DNA from: an uncultured virus (IMG/VR IMGVR_UViG_3300029775_000206)
Taxonomy: Duplodnaviria > Heunggongvirae > Uroviricota > Caudoviricetes
IMG/VR virus record: IMGVR_UViG_3300029775_000206
Location: 1 to 64,000 of that record
DNA: 64,000 bases
Direction: 5' to 3' (one strand)
A program made the position numbers and the translations under genes. This document shows, piece by piece, positions 9,901 to 19,772 of this stretch. A model generated the notes under the pieces. The model was not told the DNA's origin, ran no database searches, and worked only from the letters and a program-made list of their open reading frames with translations. Numbering within the stretch: position 1 is the stretch's first letter; the number at the start of each line of letters is the position of its first letter.

Positions 9901-10143
9901 TTAACCTTTTTTGTACTTTTGCTGATTTGATGAAGTCTTTTCAATGGCTTTTAGATTACCATCCATTTTGCTAACCTGATTAAGAAATAAAGTTCCAAGC
10001 AGAAGTCGATCCTTTCTTGGTATTCTATTCCACACATAACCCTTGAACAGGTCTTTAACTAAAAAGACTTCACCTTCATTCAGATTTTCAGTTTCTATGA
10101 TAGCTTCTTCTAATAACTCATTAACATCGCTCATGTTGTCCAC
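9901..10143 (-). CDS. DUF1413-like small DNA-binding protein
   Basis: GEVFLVKDLFKGYVWN...LLGTLF pattern. Confidence 0.6.
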   Translation of the reverse strand: MDNMSDVNELLEEAIIETENLNEGEVFLVKDLFKGYVWNRIPRKDRLLLGTLFLNQVSKMDGNLKAIEKTSSNQQKYKKG

Positions 10144-10181
10144 TCCTTATCAATAATAATATCAACAACATTGTTAATATT

Positions 10182-10210
10182 ATTATATATGCATTACCAA
10201 TTTTAGTCAA
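10182..10210 (-). promoter_or_regulatory. Sigma-A-type promoter for the cargo operon
   Basis: TTGACT-17 bp-TATAAT on the minus strand. Confidence 0.7.
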
Positions 10211-10280
10211 TTTATAAAAGAAAAAACCGTCAAACAAGAGAATGTATCTCCTGATTGGCGGTCGGTCACCAAGGTTATGT

Positions 10281-11846
10281 TCACACATCGATTTCGACAC
10301 CTGATTTGAACTCTACAGTAAGCTTACTATCAAATACCGTAACTTTTTCAATAAGCCTCCTTACCAATTGCTCATCATATTCCTCCAACTCGTAGGACTG
10401 CTCATTTAAGAAATCTGTCATCTCAGCGATTCTCTGCCTTTTTCCTTCACGCTCTGCATTTTCAACCAGTGCATTTTGCTTCAGTTCCCGCAAGCGATAT
10501 ATCTCATCAGCCACTTCGTTATAGTCATTTTTGGACTTTGCTTGTTTAAGAAGCTCCTTCTGCAATTCTTCCAATTTGCTGTCAATGTCATCAGTAGCAT
10601 TATCATTTTCCTCATTAAGTACAGCAGCTATGTTTTCCTGCAATGCCAGGAGGAAAGGTTCTTTGTTAGCCAAAAGTTCATTGATAGCCTTTACAACCGC
10701 TGTCTGCAATGTTTCCTCGTTAATGGTTGGGGAGGTACAGTCAGAATCCTTTTCCTCCAGGCGGCTGACACATCGCCAAACAATAGACTTGTAACCTCGG
10801 TTATTCCAGTGTACCCGGCGGTAAATGTCGCCGCACTCTCCGCAGTAAACAATACTAGATAAGGCATACTTACTGCTGTAAACTCGCTTTTTTCCGCCTT
10901 TGCCGCTTTGGATGTTTGCCCTCCGAACCATTTCCTCCTGCACCTGCATATAAAGGTCACGGGGGATAATAGGCTCGTGGCTGTTTTCTACATAATATTG
11001 GGGAACGATGCCGTTATTCTTGACTCGCTTTTTGGAAAGAAAATCAACAGTATATGTCTTTTGCAAAAGAGCATCTCCGATGTACTTTTCATTCTGCAGT
11101 ATCTTTTTCAGTGTTTCAGGTCTCCATTTTGCTTTGCCTGCCGCCGTAAGAACACCGTCTGCCTCTAAGCCTCGTGCTATTTGTAAAAGGCTGGCTCCCT
11201 CAAGGTATTCTCTGTAAATTCTTTTTACAATCTCTGCACCCTCAGGGTCAATCACCAGATGCTTGTTTTCATCTTTAGTGTATCCGAGGAAACGGTTATG
11301 GTTGACTTGAACTTCACCTTGCTGATATCGATATTGAATGCCCAGCTTAACATTCTGACTTAAGGATTGGCTCTCCTGTTGCGCGAGGGATGCCATAATG
11401 GTCAGCATGATTTCGCCCTTGGAATCCATCGTGTTGATATTCTCTTTCTCGAAAAATACAGCGATATTCTCATCCTTTAACTGACGAATATATTTTAGAC
11501 AGTCCAAAGTATTTCGAGCAAATCGGCTGATGGATTTTGTAATTATCATATCAATATTTCCTGCCATACACTCATCAATCATCCGGTTAAATTCTTCACG
11601 CTTTTTTGTATTGGTACCCGTGATGCCATCATCTGCAAAGATACCTGCAAACTCCCATTCCGGATTCTTTTTAATGAACTCTGTGTAATGGGCAATCTGT
11701 ACCTCATAACTTGAAGCCTGCTCATCACTATCTGTGGAAACACGGCAGTAGGCTGCCACTCGTATTTTCTGTTTGCTTTCATTATTCTTATTATTTCCGA
11801 CTCGTTTAATTGCCGGAATCACCGTTACATTCTTACTTACCGCCAT
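10281..11846 (-). CDS. Large serine recombinase
   Basis: YCRVST catalytic motif, KSISRFARN, recombinase domain, CGECG zinc ribbon, coiled coil. Confidence 0.95.
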   Translation of the reverse strand: MAVSKNVTVIPAIKRVGNNKNNESKQKIRVAAYCRVSTDSDEQASSYEVQIAHYTEFIKKNPEWEFAGIFADDGITGTNTKKREEFNRMIDECMAGNIDMIITKSISRFARNTLDCLKYIRQLKDENIAVFFEKENINTMDSKGEIMLTIMASLAQQESQSLSQNVKLGIQYRYQQGEVQVNHNRFLGYTKDENKHLVIDPEGAEIVKRIYREYLEGASLLQIARGLEADGVLTAAGKAKWRPETLKKILQNEKYIGDALLQKTYTVDFLSKKRVKNNGIVPQYYVENSHEPIIPRDLYMQVQEEMVRRANIQSGKGGKKRVYSSKYALSSIVYCGECGDIYRRVHWNNRGYKSIVWRCVSRLEEKDSDCTSPTINEETLQTAVVKAINELLANKEPFLLALQENIAAVLNEENDNATDDIDSKLEELQKELLKQAKSKNDYNEVADEIYRLRELKQNALVENAEREGKRQRIAEMTDFLNEQSYELEEYDEQLVRRLIEKVTVFDSKLTVEFKSGVEIDV

Positions 11847-11849
11847 CTG

Positions 11850-12263
11850 CTACACCTCGCTTTCTATCAGGCTGTAAGCATATTCCGCCTGCTTGAATGG
11901 GTTATCATATTTCTGTTCCAGGGGTTTTGCTTTGAACTCCACGGCATAGTCTGCTTCTGGCGCATCCTTTGGCTCCCATATCCTTCCCAGCCTTTCGGCT
12001 CGTTTTTGTTTCTCTTCTCCGGCTTTTTCGAAGGTGTCCTCATCAATAATCGGAGGATAGAACTCATCACCAAGGTATTGCTTATTCTGCAGCATTCTGC
12101 CTGCAGTGGCATGATAGCAGTCTATTCCGGCCTTTTTAGCCGCATCCTTTAAAGAAAGTCCAGCCAAATATCCGGCAAATAACTCCTTTACTTGAACTGC
12201 CGCCGTTTCATTTATCACAGCCATTCCGTTTTCAATTCTATATCCATAGGGTGTATGACCCAT
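11850..12263 (-). CDS. Small recombinase-domain-only protein
   Basis: PYGY...MLQNKQYLG...PPII; no catalytic domain. Confidence 0.8.
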   Translation of the reverse strand: MGHTPYGYRIENGMAVINETAAVQVKELFAGYLAGLSLKDAAKKAGIDCYHATAGRMLQNKQYLGDEFYPPIIDEDTFEKAGEEKQKRAERLGRIWEPKDAPEADYAVEFKAKPLEQKYDNPFKQAEYAYSLIESEV

Positions 12264-13829
12264 CTAATTCACCAACCTTTCTCTCAGTGTGATTCCACAC
12301 TTTAATTCAAATCCAATCTCTTCTCGTGAATAGACAATAATCCGCTCTACATAATTTTCAAACAGCTCATTCTCATAAGCTGTGAGCATTTTGGATTTAG
12401 CAGCAAACTTGAGCAGATGGCTGACCTCCTCTACTTTTGCAAGATTGCCGTTTACTGAATGAGCAAGCTGCTCCTTTTCAGCCAGCAGCCTTGCGCTCTC
12501 TGCTGCCAGTGAATTCTTTTCTTTATTGAACAGGGCAGGTTCCAGATATCCTTTGGTCATTAAACCTGTCAGCATCTGACTTTGCTCTATGTTGTTTTCA
12601 ATCTTGTTTTCCAGTTCCTCAATTCTGCGATAACTTGCTGTGTTGTTTTGATTACGCAGCCCATCTAAAAGCGGTCTTAATATGAACTTCTGACCGAAAA
12701 TGAGTTTATTCATCATCGTAACAAACGCCGTCTTTATATCATCATCTCGAATAAACTGCATGGAACATTCCGTTATCTGCCTTATGTGCTTACTGCAGCA
12801 CCAAGCGATATATTTTCTTGCTCCGGATGAATGAACCCGCCTTTTAAAGGTACTGCCACATTCAGAGCAGATGATTTTGCCGGAAAATGAATATCGGTTT
12901 TGATACTTGTTATTGCGCTTTTCAATTCCCTTTTCCTTTGCTCTCTGGCTGATAACGGCATCAGCTGCATCAAAATCTTCATGGCTGATAATCGCCTCAT
13001 GGTGGTTTTCCACCAGATACATATTCTTCTCACCATAATTGGTGTGTCTATTAAAATGGCTGTCCGTATAGGTCTTTTGTAGAATAGCATCACCAGTATA
13101 TTTTTCGTTGCAAAGAATCCCTCGGATTGTTCCAGCAGTCCATCGGCCGCCTTTTTTTGTAGGAACATTCCGATGATTAAGGTCATCCGCAATTTTCTGA
13201 GTCCCCTTGCCTGATAATGCCTCTGCAAAAATAAACTTCACAACTTCCGCCTGCTTGGGATTCACAATCATCTGACCGTCTATGTTTTTATAGCCGTATG
13301 GTGGATATGATACCTTGAAAGTTCCGTTCTGAAAGCGTCTTTGAATTGCCCATTTGTTATTTTCTGAAATGGAAATTGACTCACTTTCTGCAAGTCCACT
13401 TAAAATGGAGAGCATCAGCTCGCTTTCCATTGATTGGGTATTTATATTTTCTTTTTCAAAATAAATGTAAACATCAAGGTCTATCAGCTTGCGAACCATC
13501 TCAAGACAGTCTGCAGTATTTCTTGCAAATCTGCTGATGGACTTTGTAATTATTAAGTCAATCTTACTATTTTCACAGTCTGATATCATTCTAAGCAGTT
13601 CAGAACGGTTTTCTTTTTTCGTACCGCTGATACCCTCGTCATAATAAAGGCCTGCGTATTCCCATTCTGGGTTAGCCTTGATATAAGCTTCATAGTGGAC
13701 CTTTTGTGCCTCTAAGCTGACAAGCTGCTCATCACTATCTGTAGAAACTCGGCAGTAGGCAGCTACTCGCAGCTTTGGCTTGATAAAAGAATCGGCCATA
13801 TTTCCTTCTATTTTCGTTATCTTTTTCAT
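12264..13829 (-). CDS. Large serine recombinase
   Basis: [20 protein letters not shown]. Start taken at MKKITK, which follows a GGAGGTG RBS. Confidence 0.95.
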   Translation of the reverse strand: MKKITKIEGNMADSFIKPKLRVAAYCRVSTDSDEQLVSLEAQKVHYEAYIKANPEWEYAGLYYDEGISGTKKENRSELLRMISDCENSKIDLIITKSISRFARNTADCLEMVRKLIDLDVYIYFEKENINTQSMESELMLSILSGLAESESISISENNKWAIQRRFQNGTFKVSYPPYGYKNIDGQMIVNPKQAEVVKFIFAEALSGKGTQKIADDLNHRNVPTKKGGRWTAGTIRGILCNEKYTGDAILQKTYTDSHFNRHTNYGEKNMYLVENHHEAIISHEDFDAADAVISQRAKEKGIEKRNNKYQNRYSFSGKIICSECGSTFKRRVHSSGARKYIAWCCSKHIRQITECSMQFIRDDDIKTAFVTMMNKLIFGQKFILRPLLDGLRNQNNTASYRRIEELENKIENNIEQSQMLTGLMTKGYLEPALFNKEKNSLAAESARLLAEKEQLAHSVNGNLAKVEEVSHLLKFAAKSKMLTAYENELFENYVERIIVYSREEIGFELKCGITLRERLVN

Positions 13830-13890
13830 CCTCTCACCTCCACTTCGGTAGGTCACATATTACCTCTGAAGCCTTTATATATCAACGACT

Positions 13891-14127
13891 TTAAGGCATT
13901 ATCTCTGCCAAAACGGGAGAGAAAGTTTGACGATTTAATACGGTAATTTTGGTAAATTCATCTTCAGTAATTAAGCCTTGTTCGAGCATCCTTTTCAGCA
14001 ATTTTTCTGCCTGGATATAATTAAACTCATGCTGTAACTGTTCATGCGATACTGTCTTTGGTTCGATTCTGTTCTCTATGATTTCATCCGTAATCTTTGT
14101 AACTTTCCTATCCTCACTCTGATTCAT
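13891..14127 (-). CDS. SHOCT-like small protein upstream of the recombinases
   Basis: LKRMLEQGLITEDEF motif. Confidence 0.7.
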   Translation of the reverse strand: MNQSEDRKVTKITDEIIENRIEPKTVSHEQLQHEFNYIQAEKLLKRMLEQGLITEDEFTKITVLNRQTFSPVLAEIMP

Positions 14128-14140
14128 AAATCATTACCTC

Positions 14141-14176
14141 CTACCTAATAGCCGTGGGAACAGGTCGAAGTTGAGG
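14141..14176 (-). promoter_or_regulatory. Conserved phage promoter-like motif, copy 1
   Basis: CCTCAACTT-14 bp-GGCTA-2 bp-AGGTAG; same motif at 47956 and 52263. Confidence 0.7.
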
Positions 14177-14205
14177 TTTTGTAAAATAATTTGAATCAGA
14201 GCATA

Positions 14206-14242
14206 AAAAAAGAGCCTGCAGGAGCAGCGAACCCCCACAGGC
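14206..14242 (-). terminator. Intrinsic terminator after the endolysin
   Basis: GCCTG...CAGGC hairpin followed by a T-run on the minus strand. Confidence 0.6.
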
Positions 14243-14255
14243 AATTTTCTATTCA

Positions 14256-14951
14256 TTATTCAGTTTTTATAAATGCGTCTTTAAATCCCGCCGCCTTGAC
14301 CTTTGCAAGCTGTGCCTCGGCATTGGCTTTAACGCTGTATGCACCAACCTGAACACGGTAGAGCTTTCCCTGTTCAGTGGGTGCAATAGGTTTCGACAGA
14401 AGTTTTTCAACATCAGATCTAAAAGTGTCCATTGACTTACCATGTTTCGGAAACCAATGCATAACATCTCCATGGTTAGAAGCAATGCCTAGTTTGTAAC
14501 CTTCGCTGTGGCAGATGATGTTCTTTTCAGTTAAGCCATACTGCTTACAGAGGTAGGCACATAATTCTACAGCTTCTTTATAAACAGCATTGAAATAAGC
14601 AGCATCGGCCAAATCATCCTCGCAGATTTCAAATCCTATATGAGTATCATTGGCAGAGCCACCAGAGTGCCAGCCCCGGTAATTCCACGGTAGCGTCTGG
14701 TAGGCGGCAATTGTGCCGTCATTCAATTTGCCAATAAAACCGTGGGCGCAGACTTCCCGGCCATCCGGTGTGTTCTGATTCCAGTGGTTGTTGTTCTGGT
14801 TCTTGCCAAGCAGTCCATCATCGGGTCCGACATAACGTTTCAGGCAAGGGTTATTCGCCCCGGTGGAATGCACCATAATACCTTTCGGGGTTATTGTCTT
14901 TCCTGCCTTATAGCAGGCATTGTTTGTTAATATCAGCTTATGCAAATTCAT
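14256..14951 (-). CDS. Endolysin: N-acetylmuramoyl-L-alanine amidase with SPOR domain
   Basis: IMVHST, GWHSG, GFEIC, CHSE..H.D; C-terminal YRVQVGAYS. Confidence 0.9.
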   Translation of the reverse strand: MNLHKLILTNNACYKAGKTITPKGIMVHSTGANNPCLKRYVGPDDGLLGKNQNNNHWNQNTPDGREVCAHGFIGKLNDGTIAAYQTLPWNYRGWHSGGSANDTHIGFEICEDDLADAAYFNAVYKEAVELCAYLCKQYGLTEKNIICHSEGYKLGIASNHGDVMHWFPKHGKSMDTFRSDVEKLLSKPIAPTEQGKLYRVQVGAYSVKANAEAQLAKVKAAGFKDAFIKTE

Positions 14952-14968
14952 TTCATATCACCTCTTTG

Positions 14969-16363
14969 TTAGAATGGGTTGACAGCCGCAAGGGCGGCAG
15001 GATACAGATGGTAAGTAAACTTTAGGTCACAATATGCAGTCGGCGATGTGCCATCACTGCCCATGCTGATATACAGTCCATAACCTGCAGGCACTCGGCT
15101 CTGACACATTTCAATATGAATGTGCAGTCCTGCGTTGGCATTGTCAGCACCGATAGGCGTACTTCGTGAGATCCTGGTAAATGTCACTTCATCGTTTGAA
15201 ATATATAAATCCAGTTCTTTCTCAGTCGTATCCGATTGACGGCAAAGGGTAGTAAGATGGCAGTCATAAGCCGTTGGGTAAAGCAGGCCATCCTGTCCGC
15301 CTATGACCACACTGCCGATAGGCAGAACCGTCTGCATAGGCCCTCGGATACTGTTGGCACCGCCAGAACCGGATGCATTGCCCGACAGGACATATCTCAA
15401 GTAGCTTGACCTGGTAAATGCATTAATCGCAGCTGCTGCAGTAGATGTGAGAGTCAATGCTGTCGTCACGTTTTCTGCCTTTTCCAAAAGGAATAGACTC
15501 TCACCTGCGGCAATGGAAACATCACCGATGGAGAATATCCGGCTCGTCCAATAAGCAGTGACCGCCGGATTTGGTTTTGTCCCTGCACCATAAGCAATGT
15601 TTACATTGTCCTGAATACCCCTTATGGCTTCGGCAAGTTTCTGAACAGTTTGACGAAGATTACTTTGCATCCGCACCTGCACATTATTCACCGCCGGACT
15701 GCCAAGGGATGCGACGATTGTATAGGTTATGGATCCCAGCACTACATTGCTGCCCGTCACTATATTTGTGAAAGTAATGGATGCTCTTCGGCTTAGCAAA
15801 TCCGGCGCAGTGGCTGTTTCAATCGGATGGAAATGGTTGAGGAGAATCCCTGTCCGCGTGTAAAGTGTGTCACGGGTTTCCCCGATTAAATCATGCGTGG
15901 TGTTTAATAAACTGTGGTTATCATTTACCGAATTGTAGGTGAGTGTCAGCAGACTGTACACATCGTTCACATCGAGTGCAGCTAAGGCCGCAAGCACTTG
16001 ATTCAGCCATTCCTGTGCAGGAGGCTCCGGTGGTTCGGCTATGCCATCCGCAAGAGCCTCCTCCACAATGGTAATAACTTTTGCACTTTTTCCAACCACA
16101 TCACCAAACACGACTCTGATTTCTAATTGGCCCACGCCGGCATCTATGGTATCAGCCGCACTCGGTGACCATGTCAGAACCCCGGCGCTGTAACTTGTAA
16201 CCACAGGATAAGCAGTTCCATCGGGTCTTTTATATATAGCCTGCAGTGAAGTAGCGGGATAATCGTTTCCCATCAAACTGGAAATATCAAACTCGATGCT
16301 ACGGAAATGATTCTCACCGCGCCGGCCGATGTATACGGTTGATGCCTTCGTTAAATCAATCAT
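14969..16363 (-). CDS. Putative virion protein with BppU-like N-terminus
   Basis: IGRRGEN...YKRPDG..YPV...LTW...GQLEI N-terminus; Thr/Ser/Ala-rich beta-type C-terminus. Confidence 0.55.
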   Translation of the reverse strand: MIDLTKASTVYIGRRGENHFRSIEFDISSLMGNDYPATSLQAIYKRPDGTAYPVVTSYSAGVLTWSPSAADTIDAGVGQLEIRVVFGDVVGKSAKVITIVEEALADGIAEPPEPPAQEWLNQVLAALAALDVNDVYSLLTLTYNSVNDNHSLLNTTHDLIGETRDTLYTRTGILLNHFHPIETATAPDLLSRRASITFTNIVTGSNVVLGSITYTIVASLGSPAVNNVQVRMQSNLRQTVQKLAEAIRGIQDNVNIAYGAGTKPNPAVTAYWTSRIFSIGDVSIAAGESLFLLEKAENVTTALTLTSTAAAAINAFTRSSYLRYVLSGNASGSGGANSIRGPMQTVLPIGSVVIGGQDGLLYPTAYDCHLTTLCRQSDTTEKELDLYISNDEVTFTRISRSTPIGADNANAGLHIHIEMCQSRVPAGYGLYISMGSDGTSPTAYCDLKFTYHLYPAALAAVNPF

Positions 16364-16797
16364 TTTCCGTCACCAGCCATTGGAGGTTCATCATCTCTTC
16401 CGTGAAGCTGCTTAAGAACCTCTTTGAGCTTTTCAGGGATGGGCAGCCCAATATGCCCGGCATTCTCCAAAATGGAGATTCCTTCATTGCTCAGGTAAAA
16501 GAAAATCACCGCCGTACGAAGTGCACCACTATTCCCGGTGCTGCCTAAAATCTGCGTATCAAGAATATTGGCAACACCTACTAAAACAAAGATAAGTACC
16601 TTTTTAAAGATACCCTTAGCACCAATCTCACTGGACAGCTTTTTATCAATAATCGCACAAAGTATGCCTGTCAGATAATCTATAACGACAAAGGCGATAA
16701 GGGCATAAAGAAATCCATCCAAGCCCCCAAGAAACCATCCGAGAAATGCACCGACAGCAGCAAAAGTTAGCTGTATCCAATTCCAAATCTCTTTCAT
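16360..16797 (-). CDS. Phage holin (holin_4_1-like)
   Basis: GWFLGG.DG, IDYLTG, NEGISILEN, GLPIP motifs; transmembrane segments. Confidence 0.9.
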   Translation of the reverse strand: MKEIWNWIQLTFAAVGAFLGWFLGGLDGFLYALIAFVVIDYLTGILCAIIDKKLSSEIGAKGIFKKVLIFVLVGVANILDTQILGSTGNSGALRTAVIFFYLSNEGISILENAGHIGLPIPEKLKEVLKQLHGRDDEPPMAGDGK

Positions 16798-16882
16798 TAA
16801 AAACACCTCCATTAAGTTGAATTTGTGTATAGAAAAGCGCCCCTGCACATCACAAGAGCGCTGAATTGTATTTTTTCAACCT

Positions 16883-19240
16883 TTATAGCATCAGAATAAG
16901 GTTGTGTATTTGTTCCATTACGTCCGCTTTTGGTCGTCCTGTTCCAATTGGCTGCCAATCACCCGGTGGAAGGTCAAAAGCTGAGGAGTTAGGGTCGAAT
17001 CCATTAATCTTTGTGATGATTGGCACAACTGCCCTCTGTATCTCCGCAATATGAAACGGCCAGTCTTTTATGGTGGTCTTTCCGGCAGTGACATCTCCGT
17101 TCCAGGCAGTCAATAGTAAGCCGTAATAATTACGGATGGTGTTTACAGCATTTCGGATTCCCCGAATATGTTCTGCCTTCACATGAGTAACTCCAGCTGT
17201 GATGGTTTCAAAAGGTGATGCAAATACCGTAAAGGTGTAGACAACCTCTGTGCTTTGTGACCGAATATCACTGTCAAGGCTACGGAAGGTCACTGTATGG
17301 TTTCCAGCAGTCAGCGCTAGTACTTGGCAAACTGTTTTGACACCATTCGTAAGATAGCCGTTTGTGGAGAAGAGTTCTGGATTATCCACGCTGTTCAGCC
17401 ATGCCCCATTGTCAATCCTTACCTCCAAGATCTGCGTCTGACCATCCGGTTCTACACCCATAGTAATCATAAATCGTGGATTTACGTTGTAAGTGGAATT
17501 GCCGGATTGTGGACAGTCGATAATAGGGGCGGTAGGTGGACTGTTTTTCTTTACCGTATTGCTGGTTACATAGGCAGAAACCGCATCAAGCACATCGGTG
17601 ACACTGATTCGGTAGCGGGTATATGTTCCTGCTGCTTGTGAGGCACTTGCCGTATACATCCCGGAAGTGGCACTTGAAACAATCGTCGCCACTGCTTCGT
17701 ATGCTGTCCAGTTCGTACCATCTATGGAAGTCGATTGCTGAATGACATACTGCTTGATGGCACTTGTGCCTTGAACTGTACCACTCCATGTCAGAGTTAT
17801 GGTAGAGGTTTCATAGATAGCAGGTGCAGCAACAAAAGATGACGGTGGAATTGGCAGTACATTTTTTCGGAGAGTGTTGCTGGTCATTGCCCAATCAGAA
17901 TAAAAACTCCCTCCGGCTGCACCTTGTGTCCTTATTTGAAACCGGCGATAATTACCACGTGTGGCTGGGGGACTAACGCTCACATTACCACTGCTTGCAG
18001 AAGTATTCACCGTGGTTAGTGTCGTCCAAGCACCCCATGTGTTGTTATCTGGAGAATCACTGTACTGTATTTCATAGGAAGTGATGGCATTGCCGGCACC
18101 GCCCACTGCACCGCTCCACGTAAGATTAGCATTGCCTTCTGCAAGAGCCATACTGACTGAAAACGAGGTCGGAGCACCACAAGCAGTGACATTACAGAAG
18201 ATGCTATTGCTAATTTTTTCAGTGGAGTAAACGTCCAGTGCATCGATTGTCCAAATCCCAAATTGAGTATAGGTTCCGGGTGTTCTTGATACTGTCGGAT
18301 TATAGCTTCCTCCACTAGCCGCCAACGTCAACAAAGTCAGTACACTCCATGCAGTCCATGTGCTGTTATCAGTGGATGTACGACTTGCAATCTGGTATCC
18401 CTTTATTGCACTTGTTCCGCCCGATGCCCCGCTCCATGTCAGTGTAATAATCTCATCACTGTATGTGGCAGGAGAAGCAGCTACTGCTGCAGGTGAACTT
18501 GGCACTGTATTTTTGCGGACAGAGTTCGTTGATATTTTCCAGCCGGAGTAATAGCTTGCCCCCGCCGCTCCTCGTGTCCGCACTTGAAACCTGCGGTAAT
18601 ATCCTCGTGTTGATGGCGGTGCTGCCGACACGCTTCCACTGCCAGCCGTAGTGGTTACTGTAGTCAGTGCCGTCCAAGCACCCCAAGTGGAGTTGTCGGC
18701 AGAATCGCTGTACTGTATCTCGTAAGAAGAAATGGCATTATTCGTACCATCGGATGCTCCGCTCCATGAAAGGGTGACATTTCCTTCTGATAGTGCTGCA
18801 TTAACCGAACAGGCTGTCGGAGACCCACATGCCGTAGTCAGCAAAGCAGAACTTAATACGGTGTAATTGGAGTTATCAATGACACCGGATGACAGTGTTA
18901 GCCGTCCATCTGATACAACTTTAAAACGCACACCCTGCACTGTATTACCCGTAGTGGATGCGCAGGTCACTGAAACATATCTGATTCTCGGTGTGGTCCC
19001 GTCCCAATCGTCGCCATCTGCCGCCTTAATACGTACCTGTGAAGAGGAGCCGTTTACGGTCATGGTGCAAAGGAGAGCATATCCGCTGTGGATGTAAGAG
19101 CTGGATGAACCCAAAGCTGCGGATATGGTGAAATTGTAAGTCATCTGGCTGTTGTTCGGACGGCTTTTCGTATAGGTGATTGTATAATGAACGGTCGGGC
19201 CTGAACCTGCACTCAGGGTTACGTTATTAATATCTGCCAT
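16883..19240 (-). CDS. FN3-like repeat tail/adhesin protein
   Basis: Four repeats containing L(S/T)WSG...Y.I and W..W, plus a fifth degenerate Ig-like unit. Confidence 0.75.
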   Translation of the reverse strand: MADINNVTLSAGSGPTVHYTITYTKSRPNNSQMTYNFTISAALGSSSSYIHSGYALLCTMTVNGSSSQVRIKAADGDDWDGTTPRIRYVSVTCASTTGNTVQGVRFKVVSDGRLTLSSGVIDNSNYTVLSSALLTTACGSPTACSVNAALSEGNVTLSWSGASDGTNNAISSYEIQYSDSADNSTWGAWTALTTVTTTAGSGSVSAAPPSTRGYYRRFQVRTRGAAGASYYSGWKISTNSVRKNTVPSSPAAVAASPATYSDEIITLTWSGASGGTSAIKGYQIASRTSTDNSTWTAWSVLTLLTLAASGGSYNPTVSRTPGTYTQFGIWTIDALDVYSTEKISNSIFCNVTACGAPTSFSVSMALAEGNANLTWSGAVGGAGNAITSYEIQYSDSPDNNTWGAWTTLTTVNTSASSGNVSVSPPATRGNYRRFQIRTQGAAGGSFYSDWAMTSNTLRKNVLPIPPSSFVAAPAIYETSTITLTWSGTVQGTSAIKQYVIQQSTSIDGTNWTAYEAVATIVSSATSGMYTASASQAAGTYTRYRISVTDVLDAVSAYVTSNTVKKNSPPTAPIIDCPQSGNSTYNVNPRFMITMGVEPDGQTQILEVRIDNGAWLNSVDNPELFSTNGYLTNGVKTVCQVLALTAGNHTVTFRSLDSDIRSQSTEVVYTFTVFASPFETITAGVTHVKAEHIRGIRNAVNTIRNYYGLLLTAWNGDVTAGKTTIKDWPFHIAEIQRAVVPIITKINGFDPNSSAFDLPPGDWQPIGTGRPKADVMEQIHNLILML

Positions 19241-19251
19241 GGTTATTCACC

Positions 19252-19755
19252 TCACTCATAGACTGCCGATACAAGCGAGTTTACTAACCCACAAAGACTA
19301 GTATTAAGCCGGGTATCAGTGATGTTATTTAAGATTATAGATGTGGCGGCTGTCGGCACAAGAACATCGGCGATACCAAGTTCATAGACGTCACTTGTTC
19401 TTGTCAATGCTGGTGCCGCAGGTGCAGTGGCAGGAGTTCCATCCACAACAGCAATCTGAATACTTCTGCTAACATTGCTAAAGCGAACCACAACCCGGTC
19501 AATACGGGGATTGCTTCCGCTTGCGGTGGTAAGTGGAATGTTCAAAGCATCTGTATTCTCATAACGATACCCATTAATCCAAGCGGTGCCTGCCGCCACA
19601 CTTATCCCTAAGCCACTGCCGGGTGATACCTGCAGGTTTGTTGCTGTTTTATAAAAAATGCCGTTTGAGACAAGGCTTCCGAAATAGGCAGCAAAATCTG
19701 CTGCATCGTAAATCCTATCACCACCGGATGAATTAAAAAATCCGCTTTTCTCCAT
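19252..19755 (-). CDS. Baseplate/tail fibre adaptor protein
   Basis: SGFFNS..GDRIYDA, RIDRVV, ITDTR...CG motifs. Confidence 0.75.
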   Translation of the reverse strand: MEKSGFFNSSGGDRIYDAADFAAYFGSLVSNGIFYKTATNLQVSPGSGLGISVAAGTAWINGYRYENTDALNIPLTTASGSNPRIDRVVVRFSNVSRSIQIAVVDGTPATAPAAPALTRTSDVYELGIADVLVPTAATSIILNNITDTRLNTSLCGLVNSLVSAVYE

Positions 19756-19772
19756 AGACTGTTTCCTCCTTC

